Shown here: in pieces, positions 19,177-29,015 of the stretch | How positions within the stretch are numbered: position 1 is the first letter of the stretch | Layout of the letters: each line of letters opens with the position of its first letter | IMG/VR virus record: IMGVR_UViG_2563366820_000006 | Coordinates: 1 to 38,853 of that record | DNA from: a virus | Taxonomy: Duplodnaviria > Heunggongvirae > Uroviricota > Caudoviricetes | Length of the DNA stretch: 38,853 bases | Reading direction: 5' to 3' (one strand) | Program-made: the position numbers and the translations under genes | Notes under the pieces: model-generated | Told to the model about the DNA's origin: nothing | Seen by the model: the letters and a program-made list of their open reading frames with translations, nothing else | Databases searched by the model: none

Positions 19177-19863
19177 TTAGAAGTTCAGATTTTTCAGTGC
19201 ATTCAGTGCAGAGCCCACATCCTCAGCGTCGCGCAGGGACAGTGCGCCATAGCCCCCGGCCATGAATGCTTTGGCCTGGGTACGGGAGAGTCCGACATCA
19301 CGCAGGACTCTTTCGATTTTTTTCTGTTCGGGGATTTCCCCGCGGGCCAGCGCGTTCTTGACGTCGCTGATCCGCGCCTCGTCGTTAGACGGAAACGTCA
19401 CCAGACTGACTTCCCAGAGGTCGATTTCTTTCAGCAGAAAGGCTTCTTTCGTCTGGTCGTATTCCCAGTCCTTCAGGACGTACCCAATAGAAAGGCCGGT
19501 TAACGAACCGGCCTTCATGTGTGCATGTGCGCGTTTTGCCAGAGGATCATCATCAATGAGCAACCGCCCCCTGACGTAAAGCCCGACATCGTCTTCCTTC
19601 ATTTCGGTGTAAACACCGATGGGCTCATCCATGCGGTGCTGCCAGAGCAGCGCAGGTAACGCTTTTCTGTCACTCCACGCCCGCAGGGAAGCAGCAAATG
19701 CCCCGGACATCACCACATCATCGTGGCTGTCCTTTACACCAAAGACGGAGCCATACCCTTCAAACTCACCGGAGTCACTGACAGATTTCAGACTCAGCGG
19801 TACATCAAGACGTTGTTTCGTCTGCATTGGCGTTATCCTTCTGCTTACCGGCTTTACTGCCAT
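19177..19863 (-). CDS. Prohead maturation protease (HK97 family)
   Basis: 228 aa with HK97 protease-like features; true start probably the internal MQTKQRL; sits between portal and capsid genes. Confidence 0.8.
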   Translation of the reverse strand: MAVKPVSRRITPMQTKQRLDVPLSLKSVSDSGEFEGYGSVFGVKDSHDDVVMSGAFAASLRAWSDRKALPALLWQHRMDEPIGVYTEMKEDDVGLYVRGRLLIDDDPLAKRAHAHMKAGSLTGLSIGYVLKDWEYDQTKEAFLLKEIDLWEVSLVTFPSNDEARISDVKNALARGEIPEQKKIERVLRDVGLSRTQAKAFMAGGYGALSLRDAEDVGSALNALKNLNF

Positions 19864-21046
19864 CGGAGGGTTTCGTGGTCATGTTCATCGGTGTGAGATA
19901 GACATCCCCACCGGGACGCGGATTCATATCTTCCAGGTCGCGGCAGTCATTGGGAGAGTAAATTCCCCAGTTGATCCCGGTGGCGTAGGCTTCAAAACGG
20001 GACTTCATATCCCCGCGCAGTAACGCCCCGGCGTTAAATTTGGCGTAATAAACGCCCTGCTTACTTTTTCGTACCAGTCCGGTGTTGATCCGCTGTTCGA
20101 TGCGGGTCAGATACGGCACCAGTGAATAGTTGATAAATCCCAGCCCCAGCTCTTCGATATTGTTGAAGGTGGCGCGATCGGTGTTCTGCACCATGTGCAA
20201 CGGCACCCGGAACAGACGACAGATTTCTTCAAGCTGAAACTTGCGGGTTTCCAGGAACTGGCTGTCCTCGGCGTTCAGCGCCATCGACTTCCAGTCCAGC
20301 CCCATCTCAAGGATCATCGGGCGGTGAGCATTGCCAAGCCCGGTGTGACGCTCCTCAAAATCTTTCTTCAGGCGCTCATAAGCCTGATCTGACAGCGTCT
20401 GCTCTGTACGCAACACACCCGACGTCACCGCGCCATTGCTGAACAGTCTGGCCCCGTGCTCTTCGGTCGCTGCCGCCAGCGATATTGCCTCGCGGGCATA
20501 GGCGATGGGATTCAGCCCCACCAGTCCGTCCAGCGTCAGCGTGCGCACATGCCAGATATCCTCCTGGCTCAGTACATCCGTGGAGCCATCCGGGAATGTG
20601 ACCTGATAGACCGGCTCCCAGCTACTGTTAAGCTTCGGTACCACACAGCCGGGATCGACGGGCAGCAGTTCAGCCACTTCGCCAAATGCTTTCACTTTGT
20701 AGGCGTAAAAGTTTCCCCGCAGGCACAGACAGGTGACCACCAGCTCCCAGAACTCCTGCGGCGTCATATAGCCATTGGGATGCGTGGAGATCAGCTTATG
20801 CAGACGTTCGCCAGTGGCTCTCCGCTTCAGGCTGCCGTTCAGGTGATACAGGTTGCAGGGCAACATCCCGACCGACTCCGCCAGCACCCTGACACAGGAA
20901 AAAACCGCCGTCAGTCGCATGGCCCGCTGGCTGCTGATCTGCTTTCCGGTATAGGTGTCGTAGGACAACCCGATAGCATCCGCCAGCTCTGCTGGCGTGG
21001 TCACCGGTGCGTCACTTTTTCGTTGAAATAATCCCGAAAAGAACAC
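19805..21046 (-). CDS. Portal protein (HK97 family)
   Basis: 413 aa; classic portal position between terminase and protease. Confidence 0.9.
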   Translation of the reverse strand: MFFSGLFQRKSDAPVTTPAELADAIGLSYDTYTGKQISSQRAMRLTAVFSCVRVLAESVGMLPCNLYHLNGSLKRRATGERLHKLISTHPNGYMTPQEFWELVVTCLCLRGNFYAYKVKAFGEVAELLPVDPGCVVPKLNSSWEPVYQVTFPDGSTDVLSQEDIWHVRTLTLDGLVGLNPIAYAREAISLAAATEEHGARLFSNGAVTSGVLRTEQTLSDQAYERLKKDFEERHTGLGNAHRPMILEMGLDWKSMALNAEDSQFLETRKFQLEEICRLFRVPLHMVQNTDRATFNNIEELGLGFINYSLVPYLTRIEQRINTGLVRKSKQGVYYAKFNAGALLRGDMKSRFEAYATGINWGIYSPNDCRDLEDMNPRPGGDVYLTPMNMTTKPSDGSKAGKQKDNANADETTS

Positions 21047-21228
21047 TATTTACCTCCGCCGACAGACGACTGTGTACGGTCGAGATATCGCGCCACCAGC
21101 CACGACCAGAACAGGCACAACGCCCCGGCAACAACAAACCCCGCCGGGGGATAAATCAGCCAGGCACCATACGCCAGCAAAAGCGCCCCCAGCACGCCCA
21201 CCAGAGGCGCGAGAATCAGCATGATCAT
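21046..21228 (-). CDS. Small hydrophobic protein (two predicted transmembrane segments)
   Basis: 60-aa ORF between the terminase large subunit and portal genes. Confidence 0.35.
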
Positions 21229-21239
21229 AATTACCTCAG

Positions 21240-22973
21240 TTAAAGCGAGCGGATCCCATAGGACTCAATGTGGTCAGACAGCGTGTCTTCTTTCTCGTAC
21301 AGCATGGCTCTGCCAACCGCCATAATCAGCGCAACTGCACCATCGATTTTGTTTTCCGCCTGCTCTTTGACGGGCTTCACCACATCATCGTTACCCGGAA
21401 TGGTTTTGCCGACCACGTTACCGATACACCAGGTCATGATGGGATTGCCATCATGATGAAAGCGCCCCGATTCAATTGCCGCTTCCAGCTCTTTCATCGG
21501 GTCGGACATGTTGGTGTAGTTCTGAATGATAGTGATGGGGTTCAGGTCTTCATCAGCAAGGTCATGTGACAACCCGGTCGCCCCGAAGGGATCGATGGGT
21601 GACTCACTGACCGGGCTGATTTTGTTCGCCGCTTTGGCCTCCTCGAGGATGTAGCGATAATCCACCTCCGCACCATCGGTAACGGTCAGAACGCCCATTT
21701 CCACCCATTTCTGAAAGCGTTCGGCTGTCCGTCGATCTTCATTTTTCTCGACGCTGTACACCGTGTCATACGGTACCCAGAAACGCGGGGCCACACTGTA
21801 GTAATGCGTTTTACCGTCAATCTCGCGGGTATAAAGTCGCGCCATGCTGTTCATATCCAGCTTACGCGCCAGGTCAAAGGCCAGAATGCACGGCTGCCCC
21901 TCGAACTGCTCAAGGGTCAGTGATTTATCCTCGCAGCTCTGCCAGCTCACCAGGTTGAAATACGCCGAACGCGCCGACACCCAGATATTGAGGTGTTTTG
22001 TTTTAAAGACGTTTGCCAGACGGGCGTTATTTTTCGCACGCTGCTGCTGACTTAACAAAAATTCGCGATAAATCGACACGCCAATATTTGGATTGGCTTT
22101 TTCCAGCACCTGCGGGTCGGTCCAGTCGTCACCTTCATCAACGGTATAGATGATCCCGAACAGTTCATCGTTAGGCACCGAGCCGTTGAGCATCTCGATG
22201 ACTTCCCGCCGTTTGTCGTAGCACGGCCCCTCAATGTTGTACCCGGCGGTAGTGATAGCCCACATCAGTGGCTGACGTCGCGCCCCCATCCCGGTAAGCA
22301 TCGTGGTGTAAAGCGCATCTGTGGCGTGCTCGTGATATTCATCCACCACCGCACAGTGGGGTGATGAACCATCACCGGGGTTACCGATCAGCGGTTCAAA
22401 ACGCGCACCATCCTCCGGACGGTTCATGTTTGAGGCGTTAACCTCAATCCCGAACGCTTCCGTCAGCATGGGTGTGCGTTTACACATCAGTCTTGCCGGA
22501 CGAAAGACTTCCCATGCCTGTTTCTCCGTCGTGGCACCGGAATACACTTCCGCGCCGAACTCGTTATCACAGGCAAAACAATACAGGGCGACACCGGCAG
22601 AGATTGCCGATTTGCCGTTCTTACGGGGGATTTCGGTATACACCTCACGGAAGCGGCGCAGCCGGGAGCCTTTATTGACCCAGCCAAACGCGCAGCAGAT
22701 CACAAAGAGCTGCCACGGCTCCAGCGTGATGGGCATCCTCTTAAATGCCCACTCACCCTTGGTGTGCGGCAACAGCTGAATAAATTTGGCGGCCCGTTCA
22801 GCCAGGTCCTTGTCGAAGCGGTAACGAAACGACTTACTTTTTTCCGCCATCAGGTCATCAAGATGGCGCTGGCAGGCCTGAATCACAAACTGGCAGGCAA
22901 CAATCTTTCCGCGCACGACATCCCGGGCATACTGATTTGCAGCATTTACGTTGGGGTAAGATTTCCGGCTCAT
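21240..22973 (-). CDS. Terminase large subunit
   Basis: 577 aa with an ATPase N-terminal domain and nuclease C-terminal domain; overlaps the small subunit stop. Confidence 0.92.
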
Positions 22974-23473
22974 GATTCGATGATTTTCAGAAACGGGTTA
23001 GTGGCTTTCTTCTGCCCCGCCAGGCCAATCAGACGCTGGCGGCTGCTGGGGTCGAGTCCGAGCATTGCCCCCGTACTGCTCATCTCGGACTCCTGTTCTT
23101 TTTTGGCGGTCAGCTCCGGATTTTTGACCATACCGCCCATTGCACCGGTGATGGTGTTGCCCTGTATGGCAATATTTTTCACGGCACGTCGCCAGAACTC
23201 ATAGGCCACGCACCACCGCTCAAGTACCGCCAGGTCAGTCACGCACAGCAGGCCCTGACCGCAGAGTTCTTTGGTTGTCAGTTGCCACATGATCGTGGCG
23301 AGAGGGAGCTCTTCTTCAGCGAACCACTCCGGTGGCTCAACACCTTTGATGGGCGTAAAAACAGGTTCATCTTTGTTCAGGGCTCGCTTGCCGGGGTTTC
23401 CGGCCAGCGCCTTGCGCGCCGTTGGCTTGGGGCGACGCCCGGAACGCCCCGCCGTTCCAGCCATATGCGGCAC
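22970..23473 (-). CDS. Terminase small subunit (P27 family)
   Basis: 167 aa; basic N-terminus; immediately upstream of and overlapping the large subunit gene. Confidence 0.8.
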   Translation of the reverse strand: MPHMAGTAGRSGRRPKPTARKALAGNPGKRALNKDEPVFTPIKGVEPPEWFAEEELPLATIMWQLTTKELCGQGLLCVTDLAVLERWCVAYEFWRRAVKNIAIQGNTITGAMGGMVKNPELTAKKEQESEMSSTGAMLGLDPSSRQRLIGLAGQKKATNPFLKIIES

Positions 23474-23589
23474 TCCTGGTTAAATTTCATTTTTCGCGGG
23501 TATAAAAAAACGATGGGGCGGGCAGTCCGGAAGACGTCAGGTCACAGGGATTTGACCCGCCCCTCCCCTCAGACAGTTGAGAATTATTA

Positions 23590-23940
23590 TCACTTTAGCC
23601 GTTCACGGGTCGTCTTCGTCTTATGGCACGGCCAGCACAGGCTCTGCAGATTACTGTCTGCATCGGTGCCGCCATGCGCTTTAGGGATGATGTGGTCAAC
23701 GGTTTTCGCCTCACGCACCACACCAGCACGCAGACATAACTGACACAGGCCTTTGTCACGCTTCAATATGCGCGCGCGGATACTGTCCCACTTCGAACCG
23801 TAGCCGCGCTGATGACGGGATTGTCCAGGTTTGTATTGCTTCCAGCCTTCGCTTTTGTGCCTTTCGCAATAGCCTGACGAGTCAGTGGTGGTATGGGGGC
23901 AGCCGCGAACGCGGCAGGCTTTTGGGGTTCGAGGAGGCAT
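23590..23940 (-). CDS. HNH endonuclease (terminase-associated)
   Basis: 116 aa with C-x2-C ... H ... N ... H ... C-x2-C spacing (CRVRGC .. DHIIPKAHGG .. CWPCH); classic position upstream of the small terminase. Confidence 0.85.
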   Translation of the reverse strand: MPPRTPKACRVRGCPHTTTDSSGYCERHKSEGWKQYKPGQSRHQRGYGSKWDSIRARILKRDKGLCQLCLRAGVVREAKTVDHIIPKAHGGTDADSNLQSLCWPCHKTKTTRERLK

Positions 23941-23966
23941 AAATATATTCCTGTTCTTTGTCCAGA

Positions 23967-24239
23967 CTATTTGCCTGCTGCCAGCAAAGCGTTACGGCGC
24001 ATCTCGATACTTCTAATCCCCGCTTTGTCAATATTGCATTGTCCCAACGCCGAAAGCAGGCTCACATTCAGATCCAGACTGGCCCCATAGGTCAGCGGAT
24101 CGGGAATAACTGGCTGGGGAGTTTCAGTAGTCAGGCTTGCTGGCAACGGTACCGCCGGAATAGGCACGTAAACTGTTCGCGTACTTCCGCAACCGGTCAG
24201 CAGCGGCAGCAGGCACAGGACGTGAAGCACAATCATCAT
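23967..24239 (-). CDS. o-spanin (Rz1-like outer-membrane lipoprotein), embedded in the i-spanin gene
   Basis: MMIVLHVLCLLPLLTGC: signal peptide plus lipobox LTGC; Pro-rich mature part; sits in a different frame inside the Rz-like gene. Confidence 0.6.
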   Translation of the reverse strand: MMIVLHVLCLLPLLTGCGSTRTVYVPIPAVPLPASLTTETPQPVIPDPLTYGASLDLNVSLLSALGQCNIDKAGIRSIEMRRNALLAAGK

Positions 24240-24516
24240 CCGCAACAGCCACTTTGATATCTTCCTGGGTTCTCTGTGACTCCAGTGCGATCTGCTGTTT
24301 TGCATGCTGGTTAGCCTCCAGAACTGTATTTACGATTTGTATTGATTGCAGGATGTTACGGGTAATAGCTGTTGCTGATTCAGCATTTCGTACAGCCTCA
24401 TCAGCACGCTCCTTTTCGTGCTGATATTTGCTGTAGTAATGCCCGGCAGACCAGATGAAGGAACCAATGACGGTAACAAAGAAAGCAACAATAACCAGCT
24501 TATATCTCAGCTTCAT
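24124..24516 (-). CDS. i-spanin (Rz-like)
   Basis: 130 aa; N-terminal transmembrane helix then coiled-coil-like periplasmic domain; follows the endolysin. Confidence 0.7.
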   Translation of the reverse strand: MKLRYKLVIVAFFVTVIGSFIWSAGHYYSKYQHEKERADEAVRNAESATAITRNILQSIQIVNTVLEANQHAKQQIALESQRTQEDIKVAVADDDCASRPVPAAAADRLRKYANSLRAYSGGTVASKPDY

Positions 24517-24976
24517 TTACTACCCCACCAGCTTCTTTAAATCGGGCAATCAGGTCACCGATTTTATGTTCATACTGACCGTAACCTGCACCAGGTAACG
24601 ACGCCCAGATATTGCTGCAACGGTCGATTGCCTGACGAATATTGCCGCGGTCAATCATCGGTAAAGCGCCACGCTCTTTAATCTGCTGCAGAGCTACAGC
24701 GTCCTGGCTTTTCGGAGAGAAGTCTCTCAGGCCAAGCTGCTTGCGGTAGGCATCCCACCAACGGGAAAGAAGCTGGTAACGTCCAGCTGCGGTTGATTTA
24801 AGTTGCGGGTTTAGCATGACAAGTTTGCGAGGGTGATCGGAGTAATCAGTGAACAGTTCACCACCAACAATAACATCATAACCGTGGTTACGTGTCGGTT
24901 GTCGCCCGTTATCCGTTCCTTCTGACCATGCCACCATATCGAGGAAAGCTTTACGCTGGGAATTTAGTACCTGCAT
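24500..24976 (-). CDS. Endolysin, lambda R-type lytic transglycosylase
   Basis: 158 aa near-colinear with lambda R (NSQRKAFLDMVAWSEGTDNGRQPTRNHGYDVIVGGELFTDYSDHPRK..). Confidence 0.92.
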   Translation of the reverse strand: MQVLNSQRKAFLDMVAWSEGTDNGRQPTRNHGYDVIVGGELFTDYSDHPRKLVMLNPQLKSTAAGRYQLLSRWWDAYRKQLGLRDFSPKSQDAVALQQIKERGALPMIDRGNIRQAIDRCSNIWASLPGAGYGQYEHKIGDLIARFKEAGGVVNEAEI

Positions 24977-24979
24977 AAA

Positions 24980-25306
24980 TTACTCCTTAGAGCCACCAAA
25001 CTTATTACCGATTACTCTCATTGCAGCCCCACGAATAGCATCGACACCGATCAACCCAACGCCACCACCAATGGCAACAGAAAGCGATTTAGGCCATCCG
25101 ACATACTCAAGAGCGGATGCAAAAGTCAGCGTCAGAGCACCACAGAGTAGAATTTCGAGTGTTTTTCGCTTCCAGCCACCACCACCGCCAAAATAGGCAA
25201 TGCGCAAACCAGCCATAACAATCGACATAATCACTGCGCCCAGCGGTGTGTCTCCACGCCACCAGCTCTGGACCAACTCCAGCCAGGTATTTGGGTTATG
25301 AGGCAT
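24980..25306 (-). CDS. Holin
   Basis: 108 aa with transmembrane segments and a charged C-terminus; immediately upstream of the endolysin; GAGGTGAGAG Shine-Dalgarno. Confidence 0.75.
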   Translation of the reverse strand: MPHNPNTWLELVQSWWRGDTPLGAVIMSIVMAGLRIAYFGGGGGWKRKTLEILLCGALTLTFASALEYVGWPKSLSVAIGGGVGLIGVDAIRGAAMRVIGNKFGGSKE

Positions 25307-25448
25307 TTGTAGTTATCTCTCACCTCGCCGATACAAGAGGTGCAAATTGAGGGAGTACCACGAACCGCAAATCAGAAGCGGAAACGTAAAAGAAGCCGAG
25401 CCAATGGATAAGAGCTAGATAGACCAAGCCCAACGAATACCAAAGCCC

Positions 25449-25480
25449 AGAAACGACAAAAACCCGCTCGACGGCGGGTT
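25449..25480 (-). terminator. tR'-like intrinsic terminator upstream of the lysis genes
   Basis: Minus strand: CCCGC-cgtcga-GCGGG hairpin followed by TTTTTGTCGTTT; lies between the AT-rich putative late promoter region and the holin. Confidence 0.45.
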
Positions 25481-25761
25481 TAAGCTGTGTGGCGAAGTAA
25501 CCACTCTTAACACAATACAATTATTTTTGCGTACGCGTTAGCAATTTTATTAAATTATATGGAGTAGTTATACAATATACGTAAATCGATGCTTGCAAAT
25601 AGTTTACTCACATTACCATTAACAATTAACATCAATAACCAAAAACCACAACAAATAGTGATCAACATCACAACAAACGCATCTAAAAGCCTTTTGTGCA
25701 ATACAAATTTGAAACATATGGTTAATATACATTATCTAAAAAATATTGGTATATTTTAACA

Positions 25762-26778
25762 ATGTACAATTTGGATGTATCAAAAAAAGAAATCGGTAGA
25801 GTCGGTGATCGGCTCGCATCATTAGCAGAGAGTAATCAAACCCTCCCAGAGAGCGATCTTAATATTTTGCACTCGTGGAGAATGCTACATCTATATCCTT
25901 TAACTAAGCTCACTGAATATTTAACTAGAGAAGCAAATTCAATAAATCAAAATTGTTTAATATCATCAAGAATTAAACGACTCCCATCTATAATATCAAA
26001 ACTTCAACGTTTTGAAGATATGAAGCTAAACAAAATGCAGGATTTGGGGGGGTGTAGAGCTATACTTAGCAATCTTGATGAAGTATATAATACATATGAT
26101 AATATTAAAAAATTAAAATTTAAGCATCAAATAGTCAGAACAGATGATTACATTAAACAAGTAAAAGACTCTGGATATAGAAGTTTACATTTAGTTTATT
26201 CTTTTCAGAATGAGAAGCATGTTAATTTAAATGGGTTAAAAATCGAAATTCAACTCAGAACAGCTATACAACACAGTTGGGCTACTGCGGTTGAAATGGT
26301 TGGCCTTTTTAGGAAAGAATCTCTAAAATCTAGTTTTGGAGATCCTGATTGGTTACGTTTCTTTGAGCTAGTGTCAGAGTTATTTTATGGCATAGAATCA
26401 GGGAAATCCGTTGGTCATTATATGAAAACATCCAGTGACCTAAAAATATTAACAGAAAAACTCAACGTATTCACAATACTTGAAGCCTACAACAAAGTAG
26501 CAAGCCACATTGATTCCTCTGATACATACACCTCGGGTTTTTGCGTTATAATAGTCGATACAGAAAAGCGCAAAATGAATATAAAAAGTTTTCCTGTCCA
26601 TAGCCATAAAGCAGCATCTGATTTTTATATAAAAGAAGAAAAAAATTGTGAAGGGATAAAAGGATATGAGGTAGCCATGGTATCAGTTGATGATATATCA
26701 AATTTAAAAAATGCGTACCCTGCATTCTTCCTAGACACAAAAACATTCTTAAATAACCTGAGTAGATTTATTTTCTAA
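25762..26778 (+). CDS. RelA/SpoT-homologue (RSH) synthetase-domain protein; CapRel-like fused toxSAS toxin-antitoxin candidate
   Basis: 338 aa with the ordered RelA/SpoT synthetase motifs SRIKRLPSIISKL, DLGGCRAIL, GYRSLHLVY and EIQLRTAIQHSWA; about 150 aa C-terminal extension; no adjacent small ORF; AT-rich; opposite strand to the flanking Q and lysis genes. Confidence 0.8.
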   Translation: MYNLDVSKKEIGRVGDRLASLAESNQTLPESDLNILHSWRMLHLYPLTKLTEYLTREANSINQNCLISSRIKRLPSIISKLQRFEDMKLNKMQDLGGCRAILSNLDEVYNTYDNIKKLKFKHQIVRTDDYIKQVKDSGYRSLHLVYSFQNEKHVNLNGLKIEIQLRTAIQHSWATAVEMVGLFRKESLKSSFGDPDWLRFFELVSELFYGIESGKSVGHYMKTSSDLKILTEKLNVFTILEAYNKVASHIDSSDTYTSGFCVIIVDTEKRKMNIKSFPVHSHKAASDFYIKEEKNCEGIKGYEVAMVSVDDISNLKNAYPAFFLDTKTFLNNLSRFIF

Positions 26779-26787
26779 ATCACTATA

Positions 26788-26819
26788 AATGGTAAGGTAA
26801 GTTACTCCCCTTACCATTT
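26788..26819. terminator. Strong hairpin between the convergent RSH and Q genes (possible bidirectional terminator)
   Basis: 11-bp perfect stem AAATGGTAAGG / CCTTACCATTT with about 11-nt loop. Confidence 0.45.
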
Positions 26820-26833
26820 AAACAATGTAACTT

Positions 26834-27187
26834 TCACACTGCGTGAATTATTGATAAAACACCCTCAACAAATCCCATTGCAGTTTGCAGTTCCTTCCTA
26901 ATTGTGCCATCTGAACATTTCCGCTTCCTTGCGATTGTACGGAGTGAAATACCGATAACAAAGTGAGCGATGATCAGCTCATACTCTTCTGGTTTATATT
27001 TACGCAACCGAGCCACACAACTGTCTATCATAATGCCTTCGTCATCATCACACTGAATCCGGGACTTTTTGCCATGAGGTAAAAGCCCCTTGAAGCCAGC
27101 GGCTACCGGTTGCCAATCCACACCACTGTTCTCTGCCGCAGCCCACGCTCCCCAACGGTCTAATACTTCATACATATCACGCATCAA
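26834..27187 (-). CDS. Late-gene antiterminator Q (QuuD/YbcQ-like)
   Basis: 117 aa; MRDMYEVLDRWGAWAA .. AAGFKGL .. CDDDEGIMID .. ARLRKYKPEE closely follows the DLP12 QuuD pattern. Confidence 0.8.
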   Translation of the reverse strand: MMRDMYEVLDRWGAWAAAENSGVDWQPVAAGFKGLLPHGKKSRIQCDDDEGIMIDSCVARLRKYKPEEYELIIAHFVIGISLRTIARKRKCSDGTIRKELQTAMGFVEGVLSIIHAV

Positions 27188-27201
27188 CTTTCTCCACCAA
27201 A

Positions 27202-28197
27202 TCAGGCCAGCACGCCAATTGCCAACGCACGGTCGATAAAACGAAATATCAGCTCCAGCTGGGAGCCATACTTCTCTTCAAATGCCACGGTATCCGCATG
27301 CAGCTCGTCGTGATGCTTTCTGCACAAAGGCAACACAAAGAGGTCATGCGCTTTTGTACCCATTCCACCCTGACCGTGGCCTATCAGGTGGTGGGGATCA
27401 TCAGCAGGCTTTCCACAACATGCACACGGCTGTGTCTTAACCCAGCGCGTGTACTTTTCATTAACCCAGCGGCGACGTTTTGGGCGTAACATAAAAGACT
27501 CCGGCGACTCTGGATCCACTTTCAGCGCCAGCACCTTTTTCGCTTTATCCTGGATAATGCTGGTGGCAGGAACCGAAGGAACAAGGTCACTCTCCCGGGT
27601 GACAGACGGCACAACAGGCTTAGGTAATCTCAGTGCCTTACGGGCTGCACTTTCCGGTAAGGCATCCGCCAGGTCATTACGAATCAGCCACCAGCACAGT
27701 TCCGGCATTGTCACAACGTGACTGTCATCAAAACCGAGATCCCGACGCACAACAGACAACACCCAGCGGGCACAGTTATCCGTTGCCATTGATTCCAGCC
27801 GTTCCGTGAACTGATCGCGCAGCTGGTTATCGCAGTGCCAGCACAGACGGATTGCGCCCGGAGCGTGTCGCATTGTGGTCATGTTCTCGCTGTGCCAGTC
27901 GGAATGAGGCCACTGGCAGCCATTTTCACGAAGTAACCAGCTTTCAAGACATTCCACGCCACCAGCACGACGGATCACTGCCTCATTGCGGAACACTGCC
28001 CGAACGGCAGGATCATCCGCCAGCGGTTGTGATGCCGCCGGAACGGCACCACTGGCGAAAGATGAATAACGTTCCGGCTCAGGCTCCAGCAGGACACGCC
28101 CCTGCATAAACAAGGGCATCAGCTCTGAACCAGGTCTGAACAATACGATCCCCATACGCGGGGCAATTTCAGGGGTCAGTAGTGCTCTCACGGTCAC
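27202..28197 (-). CDS. DUF968-like phage protein with C-terminal HNH/zinc-finger-like motif
   Basis: 331 aa; C-terminal CACCGKP .. HHLIGHGQGG .. CRKHHDELH; nin-region position upstream of Q. Confidence 0.5.
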   Translation of the reverse strand: MTVRALLTPEIAPRMGIVLFRPGSELMPLFMQGRVLLEPEPERYSSFASGAVPAASQPLADDPAVRAVFRNEAVIRRAGGVECLESWLLRENGCQWPHSDWHSENMTTMRHAPGAIRLCWHCDNQLRDQFTERLESMATDNCARWVLSVVRRDLGFDDSHVVTMPELCWWLIRNDLADALPESAARKALRLPKPVVPSVTRESDLVPSVPATSIIQDKAKKVLALKVDPESPESFMLRPKRRRWVNEKYTRWVKTQPCACCGKPADDPHHLIGHGQGGMGTKAHDLFVLPLCRKHHDELHADTVAFEEKYGSQLELIFRFIDRALAIGVLA

Positions 28198-28198
28198 C

Positions 28199-28996
28199 TC
28201 AATGAACGGTATCGAGCAGCTTTAACAGCTCAGGGAATCGGGATTCGAAGAAATGCGGCTGCGTCTCGCGCGGATTTGCGGGACTGGTGATGTTCTTGCC
28301 GAACATGCAGCCTTTCGCCGTTAGCGACCAGAATTTTTTGATGTTGTTAATCGCGGTACGGCTGTATCGTTCGCGCTGTTCGACGATCCCCAGTTTCACC
28401 ATCTGGTGATATGCCTGATTAGCTGTCAGGCGGATACCATACTGCTTCAGCAGTGCACTCAGTGACAGCGTGGGGCGGCTTGAGCCATCAGGCGCGTCAG
28501 CAGGAGCATCAATGGCATAGCGCGGTGCCAGATTCGGTAAGCCAACAGCCTCCTGGAGTTTCTGACAGGCACCAAGCACTGAAGAGTTAGACAGGTTTAA
28601 CTCCCTGCGCATAAAGTCCAGCAGAATCACACCAGCCTGCATCTTGTCAGCAGCCTGCCCGGATAATTTTTCCGGTGCGCTGGTTACCATATCGAAAGTA
28701 CGGATCACCTTCAGATGGAATGACGGGCTGATCCACATTGCATAGGCATACACCAGTTCTTTGCAGACATACGTCCCCTGGTTATTTCCGCCACGAATAA
28801 CGTTAACTGGCTCTATATTGACCGAGTTGCAAATCTGCAACTCGCTTATTAAACGTTCAGTTTGCTCATTGCGGAGCCAGAATGCAGGCTTATGCTTATC
28901 CAGAGAACCGGCAGCCCTGTGCAGATCGTTCAGGCTGTAACGACCATAAGCATCACGACGAACTTCAATACCATCAATGACCATCAGATTATTCAT
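28199..28996 (-). CDS. KilA-N domain protein (antirepressor-like)
   Basis: 265 aa; N-terminal KilA-N/APSES-like region (YGRYSLNDLHRAAG .. KELVYAYAMWISPSFHLKVI). Confidence 0.7.
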   Translation of the reverse strand: MNNLMVIDGIEVRRDAYGRYSLNDLHRAAGSLDKHKPAFWLRNEQTERLISELQICNSVNIEPVNVIRGGNNQGTYVCKELVYAYAMWISPSFHLKVIRTFDMVTSAPEKLSGQAADKMQAGVILLDFMRRELNLSNSSVLGACQKLQEAVGLPNLAPRYAIDAPADAPDGSSRPTLSLSALLKQYGIRLTANQAYHQMVKLGIVEQRERYSRTAINNIKKFWSLTAKGCMFGKNITSPANPRETQPHFFESRFPELLKLLDTVH

Positions 28997-29015
28997 ACTT
29001 CGTTTCTCCTCTTAA

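Noticed and set aside
25320-25520. 66-aa minus-strand ORF between the holin and the RSH gene
   Set aside because: Overlaps an intrinsic-terminator hairpin and AT-rich regulatory DNA; no Shine-Dalgarno; more likely part of the late promoter/terminator region.
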